A stretch of DNA of 64,000 nucleotides from a virus. A program made the translations under genes and the position numbers. The notes under the pieces are model-generated. The model was not told the DNA's origin and searched no databases. It saw only the letters and a program-made list of their open reading frames with translations. Where the stretch lies: the IMG/VR virus record IMGVR_UViG_3300043570_002836, positions 32,512-96,511 of that record; one strand, written 5' to 3'. Of this stretch, positions 9,441 to 19,906 are shown in pieces. Numbering within the stretch: the first letter of the stretch is position 1; each line of letters begins with the position of its first letter.

Positions 9441-11477
9441 ATGATTGAATCTGTAGAAAATAGTGGTAAAGGTAAAAAAGGTGATTCATCAACTCCTGTT
9501 TTAGATAACTTTAGTCGTGATTTAATTAAATTGGCTGAGGAGGGTAAATTAGACCCTGTAATCGGTCGTGATAGGGAGATTAATAGAATCGCCCAAATTT
9601 TATCAAGACGTAAGAAAAATAACCCAATTATTATTGGTGAACCAGGTTGTGGTAAAACTGCGATAGTTGAGGGATTGGCGATTAAAATTTACAACAACGA
9701 ATGTCCAAGAAATTTAATGGATAAAAAAATCGTATCGTTAGATATGACTTCAATTGTTGCAGGTACAAAGTATCGTGGTCAGTTCGAGGAAAGGATGAAA
9801 GTAATTATTGAAGAATTACAAACAAACCCAAACATTATTGTATTCATTGATGAGATACATACAATTGTTGGTGCTGGTAATTCATCAGGTTCAATGGATG
9901 CGTCTAATATCTTTAAACCCGCATTAGCAAGGGGTGAGATTCAATGTGTCGGAGCAACAACATTAGATGAATACCGTAAAAACTTTGAGAAAGACGGAGC
10001 GTTAGAAAGACGTTTCCAAAAAGTTATTGTTGACCCAGCGACCAAAGAAGAAACTTTTGAAATTCTTAAAAACGCTAAAGACAAATATGAAAATTACCAC
10101 AAAGTAGTTTATAGTGATGAGGTATTAACATTGTGTGTTGATTTGGCGGAAAGATATATTACGGATAGAGAATTTCCTGATAAGGCGTTTGACATCTTAG
10201 ATGAGGTTGGGGCTCGTAGTCAAGTTGAAGTTAAAATTCCTGATGAAATTGAGAAACTTAAATTAGAAGCTCTTGATATTAAACAAGAAAAATTGGATGT
10301 TGTAAAACGTCAAGATTACGAAGAGGCCGCTAATCTAAGAGATAAAGAAAAACGTATTCTAAACAAATTAGAAACTGAGAAAAAGAAATTTGAGGAAGAA
10401 CTAAATCAACAACGTAAAGAAATTAGTACTGAACTTGTTTATGACGTAGTTTCAAACATGACCAAAATTCCAATTTCTAAATTAAACGCTGATGAGACAA
10501 AATCATTAAGTGAAATGGAAGGTAATTTAAATGATAAAGTTATTGGTCAACCTGAAGCGGTTTCCAAAATTGCTAAATCAATTAGACGAAATCGTTTAGG
10601 GATTAAGGACCCGAACAAACCAATTGGCTCATTTATTTTCCTTGGTTCAACAGGTGTTGGTAAAACTCACTTAGCAAAACAATTAGCCAAACAAATTTTT
10701 GGTACTGAAGATGCGTTAATCAGAATTGATATGTCGGAATATCAAGAGAAACATAATATCTCAAGATTAATCGGTTCACCTCCAGGATATGTTGGTCACG
10801 AAGAAGGGGGACAATTAACCGAACAAGTTAAAAACAAACCTTACTCAGTGATTTTATTTGATGAGGTTGAGAAAGCGAACAAAGATATTTTCTCAACATT
10901 ACTTCAAGTACTAGATGATGGTCACTTGACAGATAGTTTAGGTAGAAAGATTAATTTCAAAAACTGTGTAATCATTATGACTTCAAATATTGGGGTTAGA
11001 AAATTACAAGATTTTGGAACAGGTATCGGATTTGGAACATCGGCAAAAACTTATGTTGAAGAAGAACAAAAACGTGATATGTTGAAAAAAGAACTTCAGA
11101 AGTTTTTCGCTCCTGAATTCTTAAACCGTATTGATGAGATTGTTGTATTCAAAAGTTTAAATCGTGAGGATGTTAAGAAAATAGTTCTATTGGAAGTTGA
11201 AAGATTACAAAAACGTTTAACAGGATTAAAATACAACTTCACATTTGACGAATCCGTTATTGATTTAATTTCTGAGGTTGGTTACGATGAAATATACGGT
11301 GCAAGACCTTTGAAAAGAGCTATCCAAGATAAGATTGAGGATTATATCTCAGAAGAAGTGTTGAAGGGTACTTTAGTGGAGAATGTTTTATACCGATTAA
11401 TTGTGATTGATAAAGAAGTTAAAATTGAAGAAGATAAACCTGTAAAAAAAGGTAGAAAGAAAAAGGGGGTTGAATAA
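9441..11477 (+). CDS. clpC: ClpC-type AAA+ chaperone/protease subunit lacking the N-terminal Clp repeat domain
   Basis: Two AAA modules (GEPGCGKT/FIDEIH; GSTGVGKT/LFDEVEK), UVR-like coiled coil QDYEEAANLRD, ClpP-docking IGF loop (GIGFG). Confidence 0.9.
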   Translation: MIESVENSGKGKKGDSSTPVLDNFSRDLIKLAEEGKLDPVIGRDREINRIAQILSRRKKNNPIIIGEPGCGKTAIVEGLAIKIYNNECPRNLMDKKIVSLDMTSIVAGTKYRGQFEERMKVIIEELQTNPNIIVFIDEIHTIVGAGNSSGSMDASNIFKPALARGEIQCVGATTLDEYRKNFEKDGALERRFQKVIVDPATKEETFEILKNAKDKYENYHKVVYSDEVLTLCVDLAERYITDREFPDKAFDILDEVGARSQVEVKIPDEIEKLKLEALDIKQEKLDVVKRQDYEEAANLRDKEKRILNKLETEKKKFEEELNQQRKEISTELVYDVVSNMTKIPISKLNADETKSLSEMEGNLNDKVIGQPEAVSKIAKSIRRNRLGIKDPNKPIGSFIFLGSTGVGKTHLAKQLAKQIFGTEDALIRIDMSEYQEKHNISRLIGSPPGYVGHEEGGQLTEQVKNKPYSVILFDEVEKANKDIFSTLLQVLDDGHLTDSLGRKINFKNCVIIMTSNIGVRKLQDFGTGIGFGTSAKTYVEEEQKRDMLKKELQKFFAPEFLNRIDEIVVFKSLNREDVKKIVLLEVERLQKRLTGLKYNFTFDESVIDLISEVGYDEIYGARPLKRAIQDKIEDYISEEVLKGTLVENVLYRLIVIDKEVKIEEDKPVKKGRKKKGVE

Positions 11478-11489
11478 CCCCCCTTTTTT
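11457..11489. terminator. Bidirectional intrinsic terminator
   Basis: aaaa-ggggggtt/aaccccc-ttttt type hairpin between convergent genes. Confidence 0.7.
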
Positions 11490-11499
11490 ATTACATTTA

Positions 11500-12315
11500 T
11501 TATCCGAGTATAGGGATATTTTTCTTTATAAACGGATAATAATTGTTACCCAAAGATTCAATCATTTCCTTACCCGTTTTAATTCCGTTATAAACGTCCT
11601 CAATAACAACGTATTCATTTTTTGTGTGGTAATCGTAATAACCAATAGCATAATTGATACAGGAGAAATCAAATTGTTTCTTTAATGCGTAAACATCCGT
11701 GTATGGGTGTGATTGGTACTCGTTACGACCCTCAAATCCTTCAGTCAATACTTTGTCACACTTGTCAAAGAAATCACCCTTACGGTCAAATAATTGAACT
11801 CCCATACAATACTCACTAACCATTAAGTTGCCAGGTGCGTCAAATTGGATTGCGTATCCAACATTTTCGAAAAACTCAGGGTCAGCATTTCTTGAACCGT
11901 GACAACCTGTTTCCTCAGATACGAAGAACGCAACTTTAAGATTTGGTAATTCTTTTAGTAATTCCAAACAAGCGAATACCCCACATTTATCATCACCACC
12001 AATACCTGTTGGATTACCTGAATTATTGTAAGCCTTTAACGCTGGTTTTAATTGACCTTGTTCGTTAGGTAAACTTTCTTCTCTAACGTTGATAGTGTCA
12101 ATATTATGAACCGTGTCAGTATGAGCAACAACACAAGGGAAATACTCAACCTCATCAGTTTGTTTCGTTACATAGATGTTATTCATATCATCTAAGTAAT
12201 ATTCGAAGTTGTTCTCAGTCAACCATTTTTCTAAGAAGTCAACCATTAGTCCTTCTTTATAAGTTTTTGTCGGTACTGATAAAACTTCTTTTAGTAAATT
12301 AAAATCTCTTTCCAT
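11500..12315 (-). CDS. M20/M28 family zinc peptidase
   Basis: Metal-binding motifs AHTD, GGDDK, SEETG, FD and YH. Confidence 0.8.
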   Translation of the reverse strand: MERDFNLLKEVLSVPTKTYKEGLMVDFLEKWLTENNFEYYLDDMNNIYVTKQTDEVEYFPCVVAHTDTVHNIDTINVREESLPNEQGQLKPALKAYNNSGNPTGIGGDDKCGVFACLELLKELPNLKVAFFVSEETGCHGSRNADPEFFENVGYAIQFDAPGNLMVSEYCMGVQLFDRKGDFFDKCDKVLTEGFEGRNEYQSHPYTDVYALKKQFDFSCINYAIGYYDYHTKNEYVVIEDVYNGIKTGKEMIESLGNNYYPFIKKNIPILG

Positions 12316-12355
12316 ATTGTAAATGTACGGAAAGTTTATTAATAATAAAATATTT

Positions 12356-13498
12356 TTAAAATTTATTATTGACCCCTAATAAATTTTTATTAAAGTTTGA
12401 CTCTAACTGTTCTCTAATAATTTTTCTGATTTTTTTATTTTCGAATAATTTATAATTCTCAATAAACGTTGGGAAATCCTCAAAACTAATTTTTCTAGCC
12501 TCCTGAGAACCTCCTGAATTTGAACGTACAATTATTGTTACACCATTAACAACATTAACATTTTTAATTGTGAACGAATATCCTTCCATTGTCGGGATTG
12601 GATACCAATTAACACCATTATGTTTAACATGGGGTAATTTTTTGATGTATTTCATAATTCGTTCATAACCTTCAAAATCAGCGTCACCATCTTCAAACGA
12701 TGATTCAACCTTTTCAAGAACTCTTTTTAAATAATAATTAACATCTTTATTATACGTATCTCTATCAAAATTTTGACATCCAACGTTCCAAACATCTTCA
12801 CTATAATTACCAAAACTTCTATCTAAATTAGTTATTAATTTTTCAATTAATTCTTTGATTGATAAATTTTGAGAATCTGTTTCTTCATATAACCTTACTA
12901 AATTAGAAGCGATTGTAACATATTCAGTTAATAATTCTTTTTCAACAATGTTATACGGTTCTAAGATATTAGATAATTCGCTTTTAACCAAGTCAACCAA
13001 CCCATTTTCCATACATTCATTATACCTATTTTGATATTCGGTAATCATATTACTAACGTCATAACCCCACTCTTTATCATGGTCAAGTAAAAAGTGAGAA
13101 ATTCCACCATCGTCATCAATACCTTCAACATTAGGACTGTATTTAATAAGTTCTTTTAAAATACCCCTATTCTCCTCATCAAATTGACCAAAGTGATATC
13201 CTTCTTTAAAATCATCTTCAGCACTATCCCAACTAAGATATTCTCGTGGTTCACGATAATAATAACTATGAATGTTTAGCAACTCGATGGCGTCCTCCAT
13301 ATCATACTCACTTAAATCATCAATTAGTTTAAGGAATTCTCTTTCCTCAAATGTCAATTTAATAAATGTTTTACCTGGACTATTTTGGTTAAAGTGTTTA
13401 ACTTCCATATTATCACCAACTTCGACATCATTCTCGTATTCACCGTCAACAATTGATTTCAATACTATATATTCGTCAGAAAATTCACTTTCATCCAT
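12356..13498 (-). CDS. Hypothetical acidic protein
   Basis: 380-aa ORF with TATTTAT motif upstream. Confidence 0.6.
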   Translation of the reverse strand: MDESEFSDEYIVLKSIVDGEYENDVEVGDNMEVKHFNQNSPGKTFIKLTFEEREFLKLIDDLSEYDMEDAIELLNIHSYYYREPREYLSWDSAEDDFKEGYHFGQFDEENRGILKELIKYSPNVEGIDDDGGISHFLLDHDKEWGYDVSNMITEYQNRYNECMENGLVDLVKSELSNILEPYNIVEKELLTEYVTIASNLVRLYEETDSQNLSIKELIEKLITNLDRSFGNYSEDVWNVGCQNFDRDTYNKDVNYYLKRVLEKVESSFEDGDADFEGYERIMKYIKKLPHVKHNGVNWYPIPTMEGYSFTIKNVNVVNGVTIIVRSNSGGSQEARKISFEDFPTFIENYKLFENKKIRKIIREQLESNFNKNLLGVNNKF

Positions 13499-13596
13499 TT
13501 TAGAAACTTTTTTTTATATAAATATACTCAGAGCTTGGTCTTTTCATTTTTTCCCCTATATTTGTATTAATAAACAACGAAAGTTCTTTGATTTAT

Positions 13597-13980
13597 GGGG
13601 ATAACTTGGAATTGACTGGCATTGTTAATTATTCGGGGCACGCAGTGAGAAGATTCCTATCACTTAAATCTATGGTGTCAAATTTCAAACGGAGACGTTT
13701 TAGACAAAATGGAAGTTATCGGATTAATCCGTACTTCTGAAGTTACTGTAGCCTAATAGCAAACGGAAACGCGGGTCGGTGAGCATATAACCAAGGAACA
13801 GAAGCTCTTACAAAGACGGAAAAACGATTGAGTCCGTAAATCGAATTGTCCATTGGTTGTTAGTTTACGATGGTGAAGAACAAACTTACTATTTTTGGAA
13901 CATTAGAAAATGTTATCCTAAGCGTGTAGTCCTTAGTCTTTAAGGTGTACAAGACGCGGGTTCGACTCCCGCTATCTCCA
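13597..13980 (+). ncRNA. ssrA: tmRNA
   Basis: 5' GGGGATA pairs with 3' TATCTCC-A, with G3:U70 Ala identity; T-arm GCGGG-TTCGACT-CCCGC; tag ORF 13691-13759 (GDVLDKMEVIGLIRTSEVTVA**); TATATTTG promoter and boxA-like GTTCTTTGA upstream; terminator at 14007-14037. Confidence 0.93.
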
Positions 13981-14057
13981 CTTTTAACCCTATCTCCACA
14001 CAAATAAAAAACCCCACTCTTTTTAGGATGGGGTTTTAATGTTTTATTATGGTAAAG

Positions 14058-14711
14058 TTATTTAATTCCTCCTTGTTGAAGTAATTTACCAAATGATTTC
14101 ATATCTTTAAATGCCGCATTTTTTATTTGACTAACATCAGTTTTTGCATATCTTTCCGCTTGATTAAATGCTTGTGTGAAATTTTTAGCGTCACCACGAG
14201 CTGCCGCGATTGACATATTTTTAATAACACCCGCTGGTGAAGTACTAATTAACGCTTTTAATGATTGTTTACCTGTATTAGTACTTAACACACCAAATAA
14301 TGGACTTGTTTTACTAATAATTTTTTTCCAAGTATCATCACCCGATAGTAAGGAGTATAATGGCCCTAATAACACATTTCCAACAGTACTAGATAAACTT
14401 TGTTCATCCATTCCACGTCTTGTTCTTACTTTGAACGGTTTACTATGTTTGTCTTTATACGTATCAAACATTTTTCTACCTGAATCACCTTTACCAAACC
14501 ATTTAGTATCATGACCATGTTTAGAATCTAAACTATCAAAATCATCAAATTCTTCTTCATCAAAATCATCACCCATATCATCAACTCTAGTAAATCTATC
14601 GTCTTTATCATACCATTCTTCGTCATCAAAAGAACCATATTTACTTTCACTAATCACTCTTTTAACTATTCTCATCAAATCTGATTCTGTTAATCTTATT
14701 ACTTTTTTCAT
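14058..14711 (-). CDS. Hypothetical virion protein with shared N-terminal leader
   Basis: Begins MKKVIRLTESDLMRIVKRVISE. Confidence 0.65.
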   Translation of the reverse strand: MKKVIRLTESDLMRIVKRVISESKYGSFDDEEWYDKDDRFTRVDDMGDDFDEEEFDDFDSLDSKHGHDTKWFGKGDSGRKMFDTYKDKHSKPFKVRTRRGMDEQSLSSTVGNVLLGPLYSLLSGDDTWKKIISKTSPLFGVLSTNTGKQSLKALISTSPAGVIKNMSIAAARGDAKNFTQAFNQAERYAKTDVSQIKNAAFKDMKSFGKLLQQGGIK

Positions 14712-14792
14712 ATAAATCGTTTTTTAATAAATATATTATAAAATAAAAAAACCCCTCCGTTGAAGAAGGGGTTTTAATGTTTTATTTAAAGA

Positions 14793-15545
14793 CTACGCCA
14801 CCTCCGCAGCCTTTGATTTTTTTAATTTTACCCATATTGATTTATCCGTTCTTAAATTTTCGTAATCAAATAATAAAAATACTGATGTCGGTTCAAGAGT
14901 TAAATCATAACTATATGATGTAGTATAATAATTTGCGGTGTATTCACCATCTGAGAATGATACTTTATTGTAATCAATATTGGTTAATACAGTATCACCG
15001 ATTAATTCAGATATCACACCTATTTTAACGTAGATATCACTTTTTTCTGATAACACCTCAACATTAGTATTTTTAACAATAGTTAAAGTTGCGGGATATA
15101 ATAATGACCCATTTAATGTTTCTTTAAGGTCAACAAATGTTTTTGTCAATCTAATTTTAGCCTCAAGTTCTCTTTGTAATGAGTCTTCTAATTCTTTATT
15201 TAATTCATTACTGTCTTTTTGTAACTGAGCAAGTTGGGCAGAATTTACTTTTATAGTACGATTATTTTCATTTATCGTACCCACAATCTCACTAGCTCTT
15301 TTTTTATAAGAATCCATTAATTTCTCTCTATCAGGAGTATTTCCTTCTCTTTCAATTAAAATCTGTAATACAGACGTTAATACTTGTAATTCTTCATTTT
15401 CAGTTGATAAAGAAGAATTAGATAACGTTAATTTACGGATTATACTTTCTTTTTGTTTTGAGCTAATAACGTTTAACTTAATTTCCGCGATAATTTCTTT
15501 AGATGGTCTTGCGTCTGGTGCTTTAATTGGACTTGAATCTGACAT
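14793..15545 (-). CDS. Hypothetical coiled-coil protein
   Basis: 250-aa ORF flanked by terminators; TATTTAT motif upstream. Confidence 0.6.
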   Translation of the reverse strand: MSDSSPIKAPDARPSKEIIAEIKLNVISSKQKESIIRKLTLSNSSLSTENEELQVLTSVLQILIEREGNTPDREKLMDSYKKRASEIVGTINENNRTIKVNSAQLAQLQKDSNELNKELEDSLQRELEAKIRLTKTFVDLKETLNGSLLYPATLTIVKNTNVEVLSEKSDIYVKIGVISELIGDTVLTNIDYNKVSFSDGEYTANYYTTSYSYDLTLEPTSVFLLFDYENLRTDKSIWVKLKKSKAAEVA

Positions 15546-15649
15546 TTTTATGTTTTTTAGTTTTTATTTGTTTATTATAATAAATATCTTAAAAACTAAA
15601 AATCCCACTTTTTAGGGTGGGATTTACTTTACTTTTTATCAATGTGTTG

Positions 15650-15722
15650 TAGCATCGGACTGGAATCGAACCTGCTTGAGTCGGCTTATGAGACCGATGA
15701 AATACCTTACCTCCCCCCTGCT
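15650..15722 (-). tRNA. Atypical tRNA-CAT (bulged acceptor stem, mismatched T-stem)
   Basis: Anticodon arm TCGGT-CTCATAA-GCCGA and TTCGATT T-loop; acceptor AGCAGG/CC(GA)TGCT. Confidence 0.6.
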
Positions 15723-15734
15723 ATATATAAAAAA

Positions 15735-16570
15735 ACGTTGAGATTACACGTATTATTGAGAACCTTTGGAAGGATTATTGTTTCCCTTCGTATCCACTTT
15801 CTTTTGAAAAGTATTCCTCAGTGTCGGTTTTTTAGGTGAACCACTCCTTGAGACATCAACTACTCTCTCATTACTTAACTCTCTTCGAGAATGCCTTCCC
15901 GACTAATCCTTGCGAGATTAGAGGTATTTGGTAAGAATATAGGTCAACTTGCGGTATTCCTATGCAATGAACAACTCATTACTATGTAGACACCTTTCGT
16001 TGATATCTGACGGACACTTTTGCTTTATAGTTATAAATGTTACTTCATTTCCTTAAAGTTTTTTGTGTTGTGGATGAATCAAAGCAGTGGTCCGTCTTTC
16101 AGATTCGTCGTCTTTTGAACAACGAAATACCAAACTACTCTGTGAAGTATCCCTACCTCAATATTTTAAGATTACTTCGAGATTATTCTTTTGGTAAAGA
16201 ATTATCAAGGAAAATTTCAGCACCACCTGTTTGTTTTCATACCTTTCGGTTTTAAGCCACCTTTTATAATGGAATACGCAATAATAAAATTGGATAATCT
16301 TATTTTTCACAAAATTCCTACGAGTTATTCCTATTAGAGTTCCCTCCTCAATCTGATGACCCACATCACCAAATCATATAACCACTTTCTCTACATCGTT
16401 GACCTCGATACTAAAGGTTATACGGTATCCCGCTTGTGTACTCGACCTCGGTTTCCCAAGACGCAAATCATTTACACTCATGACTCACTTTATCCTACTT
16501 TCGTAGTTTATTTTATGGACTATACACGGCCCAATATCTTTATCAGTTTCATTACTTACTCCTGAACGGA
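15735..16570 (-). ncRNA. Large structured ncRNA, GOLLD-like (~830 nt)
   Basis: No credible ORF, raised GC, several hairpins with GNRA loops (cuac-GAAA-guag; cuaaucuc-GCAA-ggauuag), tandem promoters and boxA upstream, tRNA directly downstream. Size and context match GOLLD RNA; family assignment not confirmed by a covariance model. Confidence 0.65.
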
Positions 16571-16777
16571 TAATCAATTTTTCAAAGAACGTCTCGGACA
16601 TTTCCGATTTGTTTTACAAAGTTACGACTTTACTTTTGTTTTGTCAAGTACCTTGTGAACTTTTTTTTGAGGTTTAGGAAACTCAACGTTTTATAACAGA
16701 TTGTCAACCTTTCCCTCATTTGTTTTACAAACTTACGACATTCATATTTGTTTGTCAAGCGATTTGTAAAACTTTTT

Positions 16778-16933
16778 TTAAATTTTTTCTAAGTAAACTT
16801 CGAATGTACCATATTGTGTAGCTCTTGCTTGAGCAAACATTACATTTGGAGTCCAAAGTAACGCTCCGTTATCTGTGCGATAACCGTACAATACATTCTC
16901 ATCGTTTTCTTGGTCAACTACTTTTTCTGACAT
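16778..16933 (-). CDS. Small hypothetical protein (51 aa)
   Basis: MSEKVVDQENDENVLYGYRTDNGALLWTPNVMFAQARATQYGTFEVYLEKI, read by hand. Confidence 0.5.
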   Translation of the reverse strand: MSEKVVDQENDENVLYGYRTDNGALLWTPNVMFAQARATQYGTFEVYLEKI

Positions 16934-17036
16934 TTGAAAAGAATTAAAGGGTTAATAAAAAAAGAACTGTTTGTTTCTAATTGTTTTACAAATGTATGTA
17001 ATAAATATTGATTAGAAAAGCGAAAACAGTTATTTA

Positions 17037-17594
17037 TTAGAATAATTTTTTCATTCGATTAATTTCCTCTTTAATTAATGTCGATTTCTCTTCGATTTCC
17101 TGTTCATTTAAATCTTTTGATTTTAAGTTTAATGCCCCTTGGGCGAATGTTACAGGCGATAAGAATATTTTTAATAGACCTTTTAATACGTCATCCTTAG
17201 ATTTATATTCTTCATCATTACCGTGAGATTCAGTGTCTTTAGATTTAAAATTAGATGAATTAACACCACCACTAATTAAATCTTCTACATTAACATTAGG
17301 TGAAATATCAAATGTGAATTTACCATTTTTGGTTTGACCAATTTGTCTTCCTTGGTGAACAATCTGACTATTTGTGACAGTTGGATAAAATCCTTCTAAT
17401 GTACTGACCCATTTATCACTTCCTATTTTGTGAGTAATTTCAACCGAGTCATGTCCTATTTTAGTAACTTTACCTTCATATGGACTAACAATATTATCAC
17501 CACTCTTAGTGGTGAATTTAAGTTTACTTTTATTTAAAAATGAAGTTCCTTCAGGAGTTCCATTAGGACATGGGTTTTCAAATTTTATATTCAT
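17037..17594 (-). CDS. Degenerate M23 peptidase-like protein
   Basis: IVSPYEGKV...VEITH...VHQGRQIG pattern; catalytic HxH not evident. Confidence 0.5.
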   Translation of the reverse strand: MNIKFENPCPNGTPEGTSFLNKSKLKFTTKSGDNIVSPYEGKVTKIGHDSVEITHKIGSDKWVSTLEGFYPTVTNSQIVHQGRQIGQTKNGKFTFDISPNVNVEDLISGGVNSSNFKSKDTESHGNDEEYKSKDDVLKGLLKIFLSPVTFAQGALNLKSKDLNEQEIEEKSTLIKEEINRMKKLF

Positions 17595-18214
17595 TTCATT
17601 AAATTTTTAATCCTTTTAATATCTTCTTGAACATTGGCAAAACCTTTAGCTAAATCATCCAACCCTAAATTAGTTGACAAAACACCTTTTAATAAATTTT
17701 TACCTTCCTCCTTATAATCTGTGGATGATGAACTACTTGATGATGAATTATTATCTGATGACCCACTTGATTCAGGTGAGTCGGTTGTTGTGTTTGTGGC
17801 ATTTGAACCCATATTTTTAGAGCTTTGTTTGTGTTCCCAATGCCAAGGTTCTCTTGGTATAGTTGTAAACCCATACGTTGCCGCATTCTTTTTTAACCAC
17901 TCAAGGGCGTTACCTTTACCTACCTTAAAATTTAAATCAACGGCACCACCCCATCCATGGTTAGATGTACCAGGTTGTGCGGCTAATCCCCCTTTAGAAT
18001 ATAAACCTTTTCTTTTTACTAAATCTTTTTGAGTTTCTAAAGTTCGATATGAATCAGTTACGCCCCATTCAACACCTTCAGCTTTAGCTGCGGCAACCAT
18101 TTTAAGATAAGCAACTGATGCTTCAGAATTTAATTTATGATTACCACCGATGGATATTAAATAACTACCATTTAATAACCCATTTGACGCTTCGTTTAAA
18201 TTAGTTCTATTCAT
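17591..18214 (-). CDS. M15 family (VanY-like) peptidoglycan peptidase
   Basis: Motifs SYR, PGTSNHGWGGAVD and EPWHW. Confidence 0.88.
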   Translation of the reverse strand: MNRTNLNEASNGLLNGSYLISIGGNHKLNSEASVAYLKMVAAAKAEGVEWGVTDSYRTLETQKDLVKRKGLYSKGGLAAQPGTSNHGWGGAVDLNFKVGKGNALEWLKKNAATYGFTTIPREPWHWEHKQSSKNMGSNATNTTTDSPESSGSSDNNSSSSSSSSTDYKEEGKNLLKGVLSTNLGLDDLAKGFANVQEDIKRIKNLMK

Positions 18215-18215
18215 A

Positions 18216-18815
18216 TTAATATGTCATTAACACACCACCTAAAGCGGATGCGTGTTTTTCAAGTTCGTTTATTGAATGTTGACTTAAATTCATTTTTTGT
18301 TTGGTATAATCTAAACCTAAAGTTCCAATGAATTTGTCATCAATGGTCTTTATTGCAAATAAATACCCTGATTTACAATCTGTGGTTTCAGCAACATACT
18401 TTAGACCAAATGTAGCAATTGATTCGTCTTTATAATCGGGTATAATGATTTTATTATTATCTAATAATTCATTGATTGATTTACTGAATAAATTAACAGG
18501 GATATTTCTAAAATTAGTTTGTATTGAAGTAACATTAACATTAACTGTTTCATATATAACACTGAATTTAGCAATTGATTTACCTGTAGGGTAAAAATTA
18601 CCACCATTGTGAAATTGGGTAATCCAAACTCTATCGGCCTTAAATTCTTCACGAATTTCATCAATACTATGTGTAACTAATTCACTCACTTTTAAAGTTT
18701 CTTTAATCATATCAGGTTTTGACTTTCTCTTATCTAAATAGGTCTTTAATAGAACTAAAACAACAGGACCAAGAATACCCGTTAAAAACGCAACAACAAT
18801 TTCCTTACTCATCAA
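18216..18815 (-). CDS. Single-TM protein with GAF-like domain (possibly T4 holin T-like)
   Basis: N-terminal hydrophobic helix, then ADRVWITQFHNG...FIGTLGLDY GAF-like pattern; directly upstream of the peptidoglycan peptidases. Confidence 0.5.
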   Translation of the reverse strand: MMSKEIVVAFLTGILGPVVLVLLKTYLDKRKSKPDMIKETLKVSELVTHSIDEIREEFKADRVWITQFHNGGNFYPTGKSIAKFSVIYETVNVNVTSIQTNFRNIPVNLFSKSINELLDNNKIIIPDYKDESIATFGLKYVAETTDCKSGYLFAIKTIDDKFIGTLGLDYTKQKMNLSQHSINELEKHASALGGVLMTY

Positions 18816-18871
18816 TAATTTTTATTTTATAAATATCTCTGAACATAAAAAAAAGTCCCGAAGGACTTCTT

Positions 18872-19906
18872 TTATTTCTCGTTAAGTAAGAATTGATTAC
18901 TAATGGATTTAAAACTTATTGTTCTATCGTAAGAACGAACAACAACACCTTCTCGTCCAAAATTAGAATTTAAGTTAGAAGGACTTTCGGCGTATTCTAA
19001 CATATTGTCAATTGAATTAGGTAAATCAAAATCAAAATCTAATATTGGCACTGTAGTTAATCCAAATTTTTGAGTTATCTCAGTAAATTGTAAGAATGGG
19101 ATGTTTTCTTGTGTATCAATATTGAACCCGTTGAAAAATCTTACAGTCTGTCCTTTAATTTTGTAAGGATTACCTTGAACACCTTCACCAATTAATTCAC
19201 CTTGTAAACATACGTTAAATCCTAATGTTTTTAACTTATCCTCAAGTTCTAACTCTCTAGCAACTTTCCAAAATGTATTATCATCAGTTTCAAGTAATTC
19301 TAAGTTACGGGAACATACACTAAACACCTCATCTTTCACGTAGAATGTTGCTGAAGAACCATCTAACTTTTCAGTCACGTAAAACTTCATCCCCAATTTA
19401 TTTTGGGTTCTGTATTTTTCGTAATCAGACGCCAAATTTTGAACTCTTTCTTCATCAGTCTTACGGATGAAAGATGGGAACAAACCTTTAACTTTACCAG
19501 CCAAAGATGCTGGAATTGGTGGTTCGTATTTAACAATGTCCAACATTTCAGTAACATCTAACCCTTCAAATGGGGTTACGTTAATGTTTGCATCAGGTGG
19601 GTTTAATACTACAATAGGTAAAATCAAACCTTGAGATACTTGACCTCGTAATCTTATAGTTTTCAAACGGAAACCTTCTTGGTCACCCATTTTTTTGAAT
19701 GAAGTTTTTCTTAAAAATTCAAATTCTTCACGAATTGGTAAGAACGAATCTACTTCACAGTAAACAATTAAATCACCTACTTTGTGATTCACATCTTTAG
19801 CAACAACAACTTTCCATCCGTCAATTGTTGCAAGTTCGATTTTATCGGCCCCCTCAATTGGTTGGATGTTACTTATTTTTCTAACGGTTGCTAATTTTCT
19901 TTCCAT
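18872..19906 (-). CDS. RNA ligase, DRB0094/Rnl5 family
   Basis: N-terminal OB-like domain (RKLATVRKI..IQPIEGADKIE; RLRGQVSQGL); ligase motifs TEKLDGSS, GELIG, REGVV, FKSIS. Confidence 0.9.
   Translation of the reverse strand: MERKLATVRKISNIQPIEGADKIELATIDGWKVVVAKDVNHKVGDLIVYCEVDSFLPIREEFEFLRKTSFKKMGDQEGFRLKTIRLRGQVSQGLILPIVVLNPPDANINVTPFEGLDVTEMLDIVKYEPPIPASLAGKVKGLFPSFIRKTDEERVQNLASDYEKYRTQNKLGMKFYVTEKLDGSSATFYVKDEVFSVCSRNLELLETDDNTFWKVARELELEDKLKTLGFNVCLQGELIGEGVQGNPYKIKGQTVRFFNGFNIDTQENIPFLQFTEITQKFGLTTVPILDFDFDLPNSIDNMLEYAESPSNLNSNFGREGVVVRSYDRTISFKSISNQFLLNEK

Noticed and set aside
15642-16565. Short ORFs in the GOLLD-like region
   Set aside because: No recognisable protein features; they overlap a tRNA and a structured RNA with stable-RNA promoter and boxA signals.
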